Below, one piece after another: positions 24,044-35,746 of a stretch of DNA of 64,000 bases. The stretch is from Corallochytrium limacisporum Hawaii (taxonomy: Eukaryota > Protista > Pluriformea). Below the pieces are notes generated by a model. The model was given only the letters and a program-made list of their open reading frames with translations. It was not told the origin of the DNA and did not search any database. How positions within the stretch are numbered: position 1 is the first letter of the stretch; every line of letters starts with the position of its first letter. The translations under genes and the position numbers were made by a program. Where the stretch lies: positions 1 to 64,000 of the forward strand of contig PDIP01000029.1 of the NCBI GenBank assembly GCA_002811645.1. Direction: 5' to 3'.

Positions 24044-25831
24044 ATGAGTGAGAGCACCATAGATCAGGTTGCAAGCAACCAAAGATCAAGCAATACACAG
24101 CCCACAAAGGAAACTCCATGGCGTGATGCAAGGGAATGGTACACGGTGTGCAAACAGTTGTATTCGAGTGAGAAAGACGAAGTGGCCGCTGGCATACACC
24201 GGGTAAGCGCGTGGAAGCTCAGGGGCAAGTGTCCCGTTGCGATCGAATGTACCGCAGACCTACGTCAAATTTTGCTCTTCAGCCAGCAGCATGAGAGGGA
24301 CAACGAAATCTCTCACTCTCGAAAACGCCGAAAGACGGACGAGACCTGGGATGGTAAGCAGGTGACCCGCATGGCGCTGAGCATGGCCATTGTGCGTTTC
24401 ATCAATGGTATTGTAGACAAGGATCAACGCGGCCAGTATGCCCGTAGTATTGCTGGTATTGCTGAAGGTATTGGATTGCCAGTGTGGATCGTTGACATTC
24501 GACACTCCGTGACCCACGGGAAGCTACCGTCGATGGAGACCCTTAGTCTTGCCGCGGAAGCTTGTGTAGACTGGCTTCTGAACGAATACTGGGCCCCACA
24601 AACAGAATATTTGGTGGAAAAAGGATTGGTCACTGTCACCAAAACATCGAATTTTGATGACGAAACAAGTGACATCCAGACGTTTCCTGTCATGGTCAAC
24701 GGTAACTCCGCCAAAGCCAACGACAGCTTGAAAAGGATCATTGCAAGAGTGCGGACAAGTATTGAAGCCTACGTAGAGCTTGACGACAGCGTCAGGATAC
24801 AGGAATCGGTCAAAGATAGCCCTAAGCAGATACCTCAGATTGCCGACATGTGTTCATGTGCTTCGACGCCAGGAGATGCCTTTGCTATTGTCCTCCGCTA
24901 CGTCTGTGGTCTGCCGGTCATTCGGAAGGCCAGCAAACTGCCGCAGACCTTCTCTCTGTCCGAAGTTGCTGGTGGTTTGGAAGTAGTTGAAGTACCAGAG
25001 ACTTTTCAGAGCCTTTGGTTGCCCTTCTTCCGAGGACAGCGGACGCGCCGCTCTTGGGTGTTGTCCAACGTAATGTACGTGCTATGCCTGCTGGCAAACA
25101 ATGCATCGGGAGGAGAAACGGAGCAAGTGCAGTGTGTCTCAAGGCACTGGTTGGCTTCCATTGTGTCACACTGTGACGCAGGCCTGTCAGTGTTTTGCAA
25201 GTCGGGAAATTGTGATGACCAAATGCTTCTTGACGACCTGGACACCGTCTCCAATCAGGCGCTGACTCTGCGCAAGCAATTTTTTGAAAGTCCTGCCACG
25301 GTGAACGGATTGCATGCTTTGTGGCCCACCGGTGGCGTGTCTGAGGAACGGTGGCAGCGCAGCCACGCCGCTCAGCTATCGCTTACCCAGCGCTTGCCGT
25401 TGGCGGCTGAGTCGTACGTCGATGTAGCAACTGTAAACACCATGGCAGCGTACTTTGGTCTGCTTAAGTCTGGAGAGGCCGGGCAGAATGGTCGTGTCAG
25501 GGAGGATATTGAGACAGAGGCATTCGAGAAAGAGGCAACGTCATTGGAGGAGATCCAACTGTTTCTTGCCGCTCACACTGACTCCAAAGTCAGTGGTGTT
25601 GGCTCAGATGAGAGCGTTGGAGCTGACGGGCCTCCGGAAGAACCAACGGTACTCGCATCGAACGAACCAAGCCTGCTCGTGCAGTTGGGCCCAGAAGACC
25701 TGGCTTTGGAGCCGTGCCCAGAGGATGACCGTAGCTCTCGGGACGAGGCCTCCGCAAAGGACAGCTCAGCACCATCGTCCGAAGTGGACTCAGTGCAGCA
25801 AGAACTAAAGAACAGAATTGACATCTTTTAA
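24044..25831 (+). CDS. LAS1: Las1 pre-rRNA ITS2 endoribonuclease (HEPN)
   Basis: TPW...EW..V...LYS, RV.AW..RG..P.AIE.TA, MAIVRFINGIVD, A..IGLP.W.VDIRHS.THG.LPS (RxxxxH HEPN motif), WL...YW..Q. First ATG at 24044. Confidence 0.92.
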   Translation: MSESTIDQVASNQRSSNTQPTKETPWRDAREWYTVCKQLYSSEKDEVAAGIHRVSAWKLRGKCPVAIECTADLRQILLFSQQHERDNEISHSRKRRKTDETWDGKQVTRMALSMAIVRFINGIVDKDQRGQYARSIAGIAEGIGLPVWIVDIRHSVTHGKLPSMETLSLAAEACVDWLLNEYWAPQTEYLVEKGLVTVTKTSNFDDETSDIQTFPVMVNGNSAKANDSLKRIIARVRTSIEAYVELDDSVRIQESVKDSPKQIPQIADMCSCASTPGDAFAIVLRYVCGLPVIRKASKLPQTFSLSEVAGGLEVVEVPETFQSLWLPFFRGQRTRRSWVLSNVMYVLCLLANNASGGETEQVQCVSRHWLASIVSHCDAGLSVFCKSGNCDDQMLLDDLDTVSNQALTLRKQFFESPATVNGLHALWPTGGVSEERWQRSHAAQLSLTQRLPLAAESYVDVATVNTMAAYFGLLKSGEAGQNGRVREDIETEAFEKEATSLEEIQLFLAAHTDSKVSGVGSDESVGADGPPEEPTVLASNEPSLLVQLGPEDLALEPCPEDDRSSRDEASAKDSSAPSSEVDSVQQELKNRIDIF

Positions 25832-25948
25832 TATTAAAGAATATCTTTCAGCGGCCGAAATATGTTTTATGCAGTGTTTATGATGATGGTGATGGATCAC
25901 ATTAAATTTGGATGTGTGAGTCTTCTTTACATGATGTTTTGTGCTCAA

Positions 25949-27163
25949 TTACCTGTCGTCGTCGTCTTCGGTCATGGAAACGATGAGATAGTCTGTGGCT
26001 TCCTTCTCCCAGCTCTTGAAAATCCGCTTGGTTCGCAGATTCACAAAGGCCGTAACCCCGAAGACAACAACCATGAAACACAGGGCAACAATCACAGCAA
26101 TGTACAAGTCCGTGTAGTCAGGACTATCCAGAGCAGGCAGACTGTCAGGATCCAAGGGCTCAAATTCATTTCCGCCATCGGTTGGTGGAGGTGCCGGGTT
26201 CGTCTCCCCGGGGTCATCCTCTGTTGGGGGCAGAGGGGGATTTGGGCTCTCCGGAGGGTTCGGATCACCAGTGGCGTCGAGGGGCCGGCTAAAGTCAAGA
26301 GCACCTTCTCCGTTGCGGAATAGCCAGGGACCCCAAAGGGTGCTTAGAGCATCTCCGGCGCCGTTGGTGGGATCTACGAAGAATGTCATAACTTCGAGTT
26401 CCCGATTGCTCGTGCTATCGGTCAGTGTGGTCAGCACACCAGCCACAGTGCGCTGAGGATACAACCCAATAGGGTCGAAGTAGAGCACTGGCTGGCTAAT
26501 TTGTGCATTACTAATCTCGGCAGGAACATGCCAAGCACCACTGGTGTCGTAGTTGTAAGAATTGGCTCCACCAGCATCAGCGTAGTACTGATTCATCAGG
26601 TTCTCTCCCGTCGGTCCGAGGGACAGGTTTTGGTTTTGTGCGGTACCCTCACCATTGCTAATGTTTCGTACCGACCGGGTACCATACCGGAACTGGCCAT
26701 AAGCAGCCATACGCACCCGACGCGCACCCGTCAGTGCCATATAGTTGTCAATAACTTGGTCATCCTCCGGATACAAGGCCGACCGCCACACTCCCGTTTC
26801 GCCGTTGAAATATTCCAAACTGGACTCTACGATGCAGTGATAGATGGGATAATTGCAAGCGTCCACCAGAGGAAGTCCCGTGTTATCGATTTCGGCATGA
26901 TCAGAGGACAAATACACCTCGTCATAGTTGAAGGCAAACCGTCCCATGGCCACCTTCATGGCTTGATTCTGTGCACGCGCACCTCCCGTTGATTCTTCAC
27001 GCATTAGCAAAAGACATGTTGGGAAGGCCTTCTCTGGCACTACGCGACCCGCGCTACAGTCAGGTTCTGTGGGAGGATCTTCTTCCGGATTGTCCCCATC
27101 TTGGGCAGCCACTGTGGCATTCCACAACCCTAGCACTGCCACAGCCGCGCTGAAAAACTTCAT
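25949..27163 (-). CDS. Type-I membrane protein with an Agd3 N-terminal (CBM87-like) domain, a Pro/acidic stalk and a single TM helix
   Basis: Signal peptide MKFFSAAVAVLGLWNATVAA. Motifs SALYPEDDQVIDNYMALTGARRV, TSGAWHVPAEISN, TVAGV...EVMTFFV and WGPWLFR resemble the recalled Aspergillus Agd3 N-domain. TM LYIAVIVALCFMVVVFGVTAFV followed by a basic stop-transfer segment. Confidence 0.8.
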   Translation of the reverse strand: MKFFSAAVAVLGLWNATVAAQDGDNPEEDPPTEPDCSAGRVVPEKAFPTCLLLMREESTGGARAQNQAMKVAMGRFAFNYDEVYLSSDHAEIDNTGLPLVDACNYPIYHCIVESSLEYFNGETGVWRSALYPEDDQVIDNYMALTGARRVRMAAYGQFRYGTRSVRNISNGEGTAQNQNLSLGPTGENLMNQYYADAGGANSYNYDTSGAWHVPAEISNAQISQPVLYFDPIGLYPQRTVAGVLTTLTDSTSNRELEVMTFFVDPTNGAGDALSTLWGPWLFRNGEGALDFSRPLDATGDPNPPESPNPPLPPTEDDPGETNPAPPPTDGGNEFEPLDPDSLPALDSPDYTDLYIAVIVALCFMVVVFGVTAFVNLRTKRIFKSWEKEATDYLIVSMTEDDDDR

Positions 27164-30133
27164 TTCCGGCTTTATGGCTGCTTTCCTTCAATATATATAT
27201 GTATGCGTATGTATGAATATGAATATGTGCAAATCACTCTTTCCCGTGTTCTGAAGAACTACTGTCTGTACTGCCTTTATTCTAGGGAGCCCAATGCGTC
27301 TGTCACTCTTCCTATGACAAATTGGTTATCATTAAGCCACATCGATACACTACTAGGTATTCAGGCTATGTGATTTCAAAAAAAGGTCACGAGTCTCATG
27401 TACCTAGAGCCGTAGATCGGTGGCAAAATGGTTCACTGCACCCCAACAGCAATACAATTCTGTACGCCATCTGAAGCCGTCCAAACGGGAACTGCAGAGG
27501 TAGTGAACACGCAGACGAAGTTTCCAAGGGATAGTCCAGGAGAGACTATGGACCTGTGAGGTCTGATTGCTACAGCGGTCGCTGTCGGTCTCACCAACCC
27601 GGGAACCTAGTCAATCGGTCAGCAGAACCATCCTCCCCAGAGCGCTGGCAATTATCACAGCGGACGATGAAAACGTCAAATGTAACCGCCCAGCTCGGAA
27701 AAGATACAGTACGCTCAATATAGAGTACTAGCCGATACAATTTCCATCGTTTTGTGAGAGGGTCTACAGGATGGCATCCCACCCCTTACTAAGAAATTTC
27801 ATGGAACAGCTTAGTTCTTCCCCCATTTCGGGCCTTCCAACATGGGTACCCACCCCAACCCCCTCGATCTCATCAGATTGAGACATAGATGGAGGGTATT
27901 TGCACGGTATACATAATATACTCAACCAATGAACTATATACTGATGTATTCTTTCGCCGGAGGGCAGCGACCAAATATGGCCCATGTGGTAAGAAATTAG
28001 GAGAATATTCACTTGTTGTGAACATGACATCCACAAATTGAATACATTGAGTATAATGTACAGAGGGCCTAGACAAAAAGTACCTATGCGTCACTAAAGA
28101 AAACTGAAAGAACCATTCTTGGGCATGGGTACACCCCCGGGGATGGGGGTGGTGGAGAGCTGGACTCATGCCTCATCCAACTGATAACCTAAATCAGTAT
28201 TTGTTAACATGAATTGAAGAGCTATATAATGTTACCCATTTCTATTGTTGTGGCAATACAAATTGTGTCAGTTCCCTCCCCTGGTACCAGTGTGTTCAGT
28301 ATAAAACGGGGAGGTCCGGGGACGGGTGGACCGTCTCCACCACTACCACTTACGACTGTTTTCAAACGGCGCCAGTGCCGGAGTTCGCAACCGCCTACCC
28401 CAATTTGCACCTGGAGGGCCGTAGATGCTTCTGGCGGCTTTTGGCGGAGGTGTCGAGCATATCTCTGCCTTGTACGTTTGCCACGCAGGGTGTGTGCACG
28501 GAGAATACCAAGTACTTGGACTCTGCACAGAATCTGCCGCAGCATTGACGTGAACATTGCTTAGATGGTAGCCCGTTTCCTTCAAGAGAGCGCGAGGCTG
28601 TGTGGGAGGCACAACCTCTGGGGTCTGGGAACCTTGTCATCTCGTGCAGAGGCTGTTAGCAGGAGGATCACAAAGAAATACAGCAACGTGCACAGGGTGA
28701 CAAGTAACTGCCATTTGGTCGTACAGGGTTGGTATTGGCCGTCGCCCAGAAGTGACCAATGCGTATGCGGGGTAAAATAGACAGTGCGCATCTGCGATGA
28801 GCTTGCTCGGTTACAGATCGGGGCGTGCTTTAACTTTGGTAGCATGGGTGTAGCTCAATTTTTCTTGCGAACAGCGCCCTGGAGCACAATCGAACAGCTT
28901 CATGATGCCTTCTGCATTCCTGTGGAAGTGACCAACAACATAGTCACCTTACCCTGGTTTCTTTCCGTCCACAGCTATTCACCTTCCTTTCTATTTGCTT
29001 GTCTGTTCATTTGCTATTCGGAGCAACATAACTCGTTGCGACAGCCGTGGACTTGTGATCTCGTGACTCAGTACTGATTGAAAATTTTCCATAACCACTA
29101 CAGCCATTTCCAACGCAGACTCCCTGATTGCAGCCGCTGCCGTCAGTGGTGTTATGCCACGTCCTCCATCGGAGCTGAGTTAGGGAGCTACAGTGTGCGG
29201 GTCATTTAGACGCGGGCCAATGATGTTCAGTTTTGTTTTACAGAACCAAGTCTTTCTTGGGTACCGCCCCCGGGGGGGGGGGGGAAGGGGTTTATAAACG
29301 TGGCATTCTGAAAGTAGCAAATAGTTCCCAAGGGAAAACATCCAGTGCGCTTTGTAAGCGCGACCGTCCAGACGAGGAGTGCATGGGGCATGAAACAAAG
29401 ATCTGAGAGATTGGGGAAGGTGAAATTGGTACACACTCTATTGGGTCGGTCAGCAAGTTCTGCGTCATCGGAGTGAAAATACGTCTAAGAATAGTGGACA
29501 GTGGGTGACTCCGGTGGTGCACCAGAAGATGCGCAGAACCGTGGCGCAGTGGAAAATGCAGAAAAGCTGGGGATGATATTCGAGGACCCCTCTCTGCCCA
29601 ATTGTCTGTATGGGTCCTCGTTGTCCGCTCTGTACATGTAAGTGGAGGACCACTCAGTATTTCTCTGCGCACTTTCGTCGCAGGGAGGAAAAAGGGGACC
29701 AGTGCGTCATCTCACTTGTCGGACTTCGGCCCGTGGCCGCGGTAGAACGTACAGGGCCTGCCCAAGTCTCAGGTCAACTGGGCATGCATATTGTTTGCTG
29801 GCATATGTAACAGCCACGGGATTTGTACTGAATTGTATTCTTGGGGTGTGGTGTGGTTTGCCTATCGGATTAGGTGCACTGTGTGAGGAAGGTCCCGAGA
29901 TAGCCTGCTTATCCATTATTGAAAAAGTGAAACTGTCCGGCTGCGCGTGCCTCCTATAGGGTCTGGATGGAACAACATGGTTGGTTAGATTTATTTCACC
30001 GAATGCGAACCCCCCGGCGTACATGGTCCAGGTACATGAAATCGGATCTGTTTCGCACCCTATGATGCATGGGCTACGTGGGACTGAACCCACAAGTTGT
30101 GTCAAACCTACGCATCAGATTCTTTCTTCAGCC

Positions 30134-31678
30134 ATGGCTCCCCCAGCAATTCCCGAGCAGCAAGCCTCTGTGGCCTCTATTCCTGCAGTGAATGTCAAGA
30201 GCGCCAAGGATGCTTCCCAGCTCATCCATCAGACCAAGATTCTCATCAACAATGAGTGGGTCAACTCTGAGTCCGGCAAGACTTTCCCTACCGTGAACCC
30301 CGCCACAGAAGAGGTGATTTGTCAAGTTCAGGAAGGCGATGCTGCTGATGTTGCGAAGGCTGTGGAGGCAGCCCGCGATGCTTTTGACAAGGGACCGTGG
30401 CCCGAAATGAGCGGTTTTGAGCGTAGCCGCCTAATGCATAAGCTGGCCGACCTTATCGAGAAGAACGTTGATGAGCTGGCGGCCCTTGAGGCCTTGGATA
30501 ACGGTAAGCCCATGGCCATCGCCAAGGCAGCAGATTTCGCCCTTGTCGTCGAATGCTTCCGCTACTATGCCGGCTGGGCTGACAAAATCGAAGGCGACAC
30601 AATCTCAACCGCCACCAAGAATTTCTGCTTCACCCGCCGCGAGCCGGTTGGCGTTGTCGGTCAGATCATTCCCTGGAACTTCCCTGCCCTCATGTTGGCC
30701 TGGAAGTGGGGCCCTGCTCTGGCCATGGGCTGCACCATTGTACTGAAGCCCGCAGAACAGACCCCGCTGTCAGCTCTGCGCATTGGTGAGCTGGCCGTCG
30801 AGGCCGGCTTCCCCCCGGGTGTTGTAAACATTGTGCCTGGCTACGGTCCCACGGCTGGGGCTGCGTTGGTCCAGCATCCCCAGGTCGACAAGATTGCTTT
30901 CACCGGTTCCACTGACATCGGCAAACTGATCGCCAGTCAATGTGCGGATGCAAACCTCAAGCGGGTGACCCTGGAACTGGGAGGAAAGTCACCTGCTGTT
31001 GTCTTTGCTGACGCGGACTTGGATGAGACCATTACAGCTTGCCATATGGGACTTTTCTTCAACATGGGCCAGTGCTGCATTGCAAGCAGCCGTATCTTCG
31101 TGGAGGAATCCATCTATGACGAATTCTGTAACCGCATGGTTGAGCAGTGCAAGACCTGGGCTGTTGGCGATCAGTGGAGCGCGAACACAATGCACGGACC
31201 TCAGGTCGACAAAGACCAGTACGACAAGATTCTTGATCTCATCGAAAGTGGTAAGAAGAGCGGTGCTCGTCTTCTTACTGGCGGTGGTCGCTGTGGCCAG
31301 CAGGGGTACTTTGTTGAGCCGACCGTGTTTTGCGATGTCCCCGACGATGCTCGCATTGCCCGTGAGGAAATTTTCGGCCCCGTACTGCAGATCTTTAAGT
31401 TCAAGGACATTGATGAGGTGATTGAGCGTGCCAATAACACTGACTACGGTCTGGGCGCTGGTGTATTCACCCGGGATATTAAGAAGGCCCACCGCATCAT
31501 CAATGCTGTGCGTGCGGGCACTATCTACGTCAACTGTTGGAACCAGTTTTCTTCCGCAACCCCGTTTGGTGGCTTCAAGTCCTCCGGCATGGGCCGCGAA
31601 CTTGGCAAGGCTGCCCTGGATAACTACACCGAGGTCAAGACGGTCATCATGACTATGGATGAGAACATCCGTCGCTAG
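30134..31678 (+). CDS. Aldehyde dehydrogenase, ALDH1/2 family
   Basis: [28 protein letters not shown], catalytic [15 protein letters not shown] and PFGGFKSSG motifs. Likely start GCCATGG at 30134. Confidence 0.97.
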   Translation: MAPPAIPEQQASVASIPAVNVKSAKDASQLIHQTKILINNEWVNSESGKTFPTVNPATEEVICQVQEGDAADVAKAVEAARDAFDKGPWPEMSGFERSRLMHKLADLIEKNVDELAALEALDNGKPMAIAKAADFALVVECFRYYAGWADKIEGDTISTATKNFCFTRREPVGVVGQIIPWNFPALMLAWKWGPALAMGCTIVLKPAEQTPLSALRIGELAVEAGFPPGVVNIVPGYGPTAGAALVQHPQVDKIAFTGSTDIGKLIASQCADANLKRVTLELGGKSPAVVFADADLDETITACHMGLFFNMGQCCIASSRIFVEESIYDEFCNRMVEQCKTWAVGDQWSANTMHGPQVDKDQYDKILDLIESGKKSGARLLTGGGRCGQQGYFVEPTVFCDVPDDARIAREEIFGPVLQIFKFKDIDEVIERANNTDYGLGAGVFTRDIKKAHRIINAVRAGTIYVNCWNQFSSATPFGGFKSSGMGRELGKAALDNYTEVKTVIMTMDENIRR

Positions 31679-32424
31679 GTTTAACTCGCCACTTTCTCCC
31701 CTCTACTTGTTTCAGGTTCAAAAGCTTTGGATCATTTGCTAGCAATACAGCTTACACTCTCAGTCTGTTTCTTGCACATTTGAGACTTGTCTGTTCCGTC
31801 ACTGACCATATAACCCACCCGCCTCGCCGTTCACATTTCATCTGCGCACAATTGCACATGCTCAATACTAGAAAATAGTAAAGCTTGCCACACTAGAACC
31901 CTGCCACCCGTCCGTACTGTGCAGTAGAGTAAGTGACCTCTCGTTTGATTGCGGGGAGCAAGGAAAAAAAAGGGGGGGGGGGGGAGTGTAAAGGTTGGGG
32001 TGCCGCGGAGATGAGGGCGAGTAAAGGTGCACTAGAGGGAAGACCGGGAGCCGTCCACATAGGAGACTTGCGGCGGCTTCCCGTTTTCGCTAGTGAAAGT
32101 ACCTGGACGGACCTAGTGGATGACACCACGGTTTGGTGAGCACAAAACAGGGGAGCCCGACGGGGGGTTCAGGTAGCCCAATGAGTGATCCTGGGCTCAT
32201 TGGTTTACTCTGCGACGACACGACGGCTCAGATATGGCGGAAAGGAGGCAGGTTGGTGAAGGTTAAGCAATAAAGTCGATCGCCTGCTGCTATTGAAATA
32301 ATTGAACCACTAAACATCAGCACTCGAAGGGATACTGGGGTGTAGTCAAGGCGAAACCAAGCGCCGTACGTAAAGCATCGTGTAACGGAGTGGGGTGCCT
32401 CAGGAGGTAGAACCTATTAACAAA

Positions 32425-33036
32425 ATGGCTGAGCCTATTTACTCCGCAGAACAGATCAACATTCCTCCAGAATTGCCAGGATTGCTAAAGGCATACATGA
32501 AGGCTGTGATTAAAGCGCAGCCTGAAGATCTCGTCGGCTTCAGCGCGGATTACTTTACCGGGTTGAACGACCGAGAACAGTCGAACCCCGCGGCAAAAGT
32601 GACTAGTATTACTGTAGAGCCCACTACAGTCAACACAGAAAGTCTGAGAGTGGAATTGGAGAAGGTTGCTGCAGGATCGGCATCAATTGCTATCGAGGAC
32701 ATTCGCTCTGCGGCAGAGAAGAGTGGAATGACCCCCGACGATGTCAATGAGATCATTTCACTGGGAAACCTTGGTGACAGTGCAGAGTGGCTACATTTCC
32801 TTGCTCTATGCTGTACAATGAAAGGCAGTGGTTTGCGCAGTAGTCTGGACGAACTCATCACCGCATTTCCAAACTCTGAGCTTGGGCTGGAGCAATTCGA
32901 AAGCGCCTACCGTTTCCTTGCTAAGATGGACGGTGATGTCCCTGAGGACAAGATAGATGTGGCCTTACAGGCTCTAAAGGGCACTGGCAAGTCTATTGTA
33001 GCCTTTGCTGACCTGGATGTCATCGAGCTTCAATGA
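32425..33036 (+). CDS. ROPN1L: Ropporin-1-like / radial spoke protein 11-like RIIa (D/D) domain protein
   Basis: N-terminus IYSAEQINIPPELPGLLKAYMKAVIKAQPEDLVGFSADYF is the RIIa-type dimerisation domain typical of ROPN1L. Downstream EWLHFLAL and F...YRFLA.MDG.VP motifs. Start CAAAATGG. Confidence 0.85.
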   Translation: MAEPIYSAEQINIPPELPGLLKAYMKAVIKAQPEDLVGFSADYFTGLNDREQSNPAAKVTSITVEPTTVNTESLRVELEKVAAGSASIAIEDIRSAAEKSGMTPDDVNEIISLGNLGDSAEWLHFLALCCTMKGSGLRSSLDELITAFPNSELGLEQFESAYRFLAKMDGDVPEDKIDVALQALKGTGKSIVAFADLDVIELQ

Positions 33037-34269
33037 ACAGCCGAAAACTGCAAGACGATCGGAATGAGCCCAACACTGAGGAGCTTCCCGTCCTTATGTA
33101 CACCAACGAACCACCATAAGCAAACAGCTCAAATGTGAGTACTGAATACAATGCCAATTAATGTCAAAGTGTTACAACTGTACAGAAATCTAGATCGCCG
33201 TTTTCATGTCACGAAGTATTGGTACTGCGTCGCCACTGCTCACGAATGTGATCAGTGGCCCTTGGACTGATCGTGCCATGGGTCATCTCCCTCTTCTTTA
33301 ATTCAAATTATTGAAAACATCGTCAGATAGGTGTTCAGTTAAAGTACTTTTCACGCCCCACTCGTTGGCTGCCAAAAAATCTTCCGCAGTAGTGAACGCA
33401 ATGGGGGAAGGGGAAGCCAAAACAAAAAAAAAATATATGGGGAAAGCATGCAGTGCTGATGCCAATGGCCTGGCGGCCTCCCCTCCCCGAAGGGTAAAAA
33501 CAAGGAGATTCTATAGTCACTGATAGGTGGTTTCTGCGCCCCGAATTGTATAAACAAAATAGCGTACGGAGAAAGACCAGCGGGAGGCGAAGGAAAGAGT
33601 TTCCCTTCGGCAGAGGCAAGGGGAGACCAGTGTACCCGGCGTAGTGCAGTTTGTTAAAAAGAAAAAACTCTGCCCACTTGCCTGCCTCGTCTGCCTTGTA
33701 CCTGCGGACTTGGAAGTCTCCTTTCTTTTTTTTGTTACCACTGCCTTCGCCACTGCCTTGGCTCTCCCAGCCCACCATCCCCCCTTTGCCACAACCGCAA
33801 AATACACATCCCTTCCGGGCCACATTCCCAAACTCTTTCACACCCCTCCCCCCTCCACACCCACCTCATATACGCCTCAGTTTAATTTCAACCACCAACG
33901 CGTGCCTTAACGATGACTACCAGCTGCGGAGAGAAATTGGGGGACCTCTGGAGGCCCCCCCCCCCCCGGGGGAGTGGTGGTTGCCTCCAATGAATTCTGG
34001 AGGTCCCGAGTGGCCTATGTCTGCTCTGCTTCTCCAGTTCTGCTCTGTTTCTCGAATAATGGCTTTGTTGACAAGCTACGCATCAAATAAATGGAACATG
34101 CATATAACATGGCCGGCCGGCTCATTGGAGTAACCGAAAGCGTATGGAATTCTATTCATATTCACGTACTTGGACGGTGGAGGAAAACCATGTGGTTGTT
34201 GTTTTGATCGTTCTCTGTAAGAATTCGGGACCAATTTGGGAAAGAAGTCTACAGATTAGATAGTCCACA

Positions 34270-34898
34270 ATGCTTTTGCTCCGCCAGACCGCCCGCACTG
34301 TCACCAAGCACGGTAAGTATTTCTGTTTATGATCGGGCCAATGATATCGGAAAACTACAAGATCGGCTTACTTATGTGATGTCGAAAGTGTAATTGTTTG
34401 GATACATAGCTCCAAACTGCGTGGCATTATATTGTTGGGATCTTTAATTTGACGCATCGGATTGCTAACGCCATGTGAATTTCGGTTTAATTTCTAATAC
34501 TACAGCTCGCGTGCGGTACTCTGCAAGCTCTGCAAACCCTGAGGCTCTGAAGGCCATGATGAAGGAGAGCAAGGAGACCTCCAAGATCTGGAAGTACGCT
34601 TCTCTGGCCGCCGTGCCCGGATGCTTTGCCTACGGTGTCTATCTGTTCGCCACTGAGGAGCATCATCACTCCGAGCATGTCGCGTACCCCTACCTGCGCA
34701 TTCGCTCAAAGGTAAGTGTGCTACTGTCAAATGCGACGGTCCGCATGGGGCCAACAATACTTGGGACATCAATAACTAACCAAAGACTTTGTATCTTCCC
34801 TTCGTTATTCGCTATAGATCTTCCCGTGGGGAGACGAGGACCTCTTCAACGTGTTCAAGCGTAAGCTTGGCATTCAGTCTCACCACGACGACGAGTAG
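34270..34898 (+). CDS. COX6A: Cytochrome c oxidase subunit 6A; 3 exons (34270-34312, 34506-34711, 34818-34898)
   Basis: Spliced product MLLLRQTARTVTKHARVRYSASS...IWKYASLAAVPGCFAYGVYLF..EEHHH...AYPYLRIRSKIFPWGDEDLF matches the family motif YPYLRIRxKxFPWGD. Both introns are GTAAGT...CTAAC...YAG and preserve frame. Confidence 0.93.
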
Positions 34899-35746
34899 AT
34901 GCCTCCAGTGGTAAACCATATTTTGGAAACATATCAAACACCTCCCGTCAAATTGTGAATAATACAATATCTTACGCTCACATCTGCAACTGTTGCCTGT
35001 GTGCCACTCTGTTGTGCTCAGTACGGGAGGCCCTTTGATTTCTCTCGAGTCATATCATTATCACCATGAAGAGGAGCGACGATGTCAGGCTCACCTGGAT
35101 GCAGCGATGCCTTTCCCTTCAAAACCAGGAGATAAGAATATACGGACATTGTAATACTGCGTTCCCCAATGATGGTGAGGGTACATGTATATACATACTT
35201 AAATGCAAAATATTCAATATACTTTCGTGGGTGATGTTGCACTGTTTCTTGCCCTTCGGTTCCCGCCCGTTTTTTCCCCCCACTTCCACACTGCTCCGCT
35301 ACTTTCTGTGTGACCTTGCGCTTGCGCCCTTCCCCCCCCCTCCCCCCACATGCGCCATTGACCTGCACCACACGCCAGTCACTTGAAGTGCAAAACTACT
35401 GGTGCCAAAAAGCCACGGGGCATCACGGGAAAGGTGACTCCCCCGGGGAGGGGAGGGCACCCAGAGCGAGACCGGACCAACCGCCGGGCACACCTTCCAC
35501 TGTACAGGGACCCGCGTATGCGTCTGCGGAAAGCATGGGCAGGTATGTGAATACGTGCTGTATCTCTGTTTGATACAAAAGAAAAAACAAGTAAATTTTT
35601 GAAACGCTCGAACGCGACATACGTATATGCACTGTGGTAGAAGTGAAGTGCCGGTAGTTCAAGTGAACTGTGAATCTATTCGCTCGTGAAGAATTTAGCT
35701 TACTCATTGGGGCAATAAAGAAAACAGCCAACACAAACAGATAGTC

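Noticed and set aside
29981-30133. N-terminal extension of ALDH given in the ORF track; similar non-ATG extensions for LAS1, ROPN1L and the 50471 ORF
   Set aside because: These begin at TTG/GTG. Downstream ATGs have good eukaryotic context and, for the three known families, match where homology begins.
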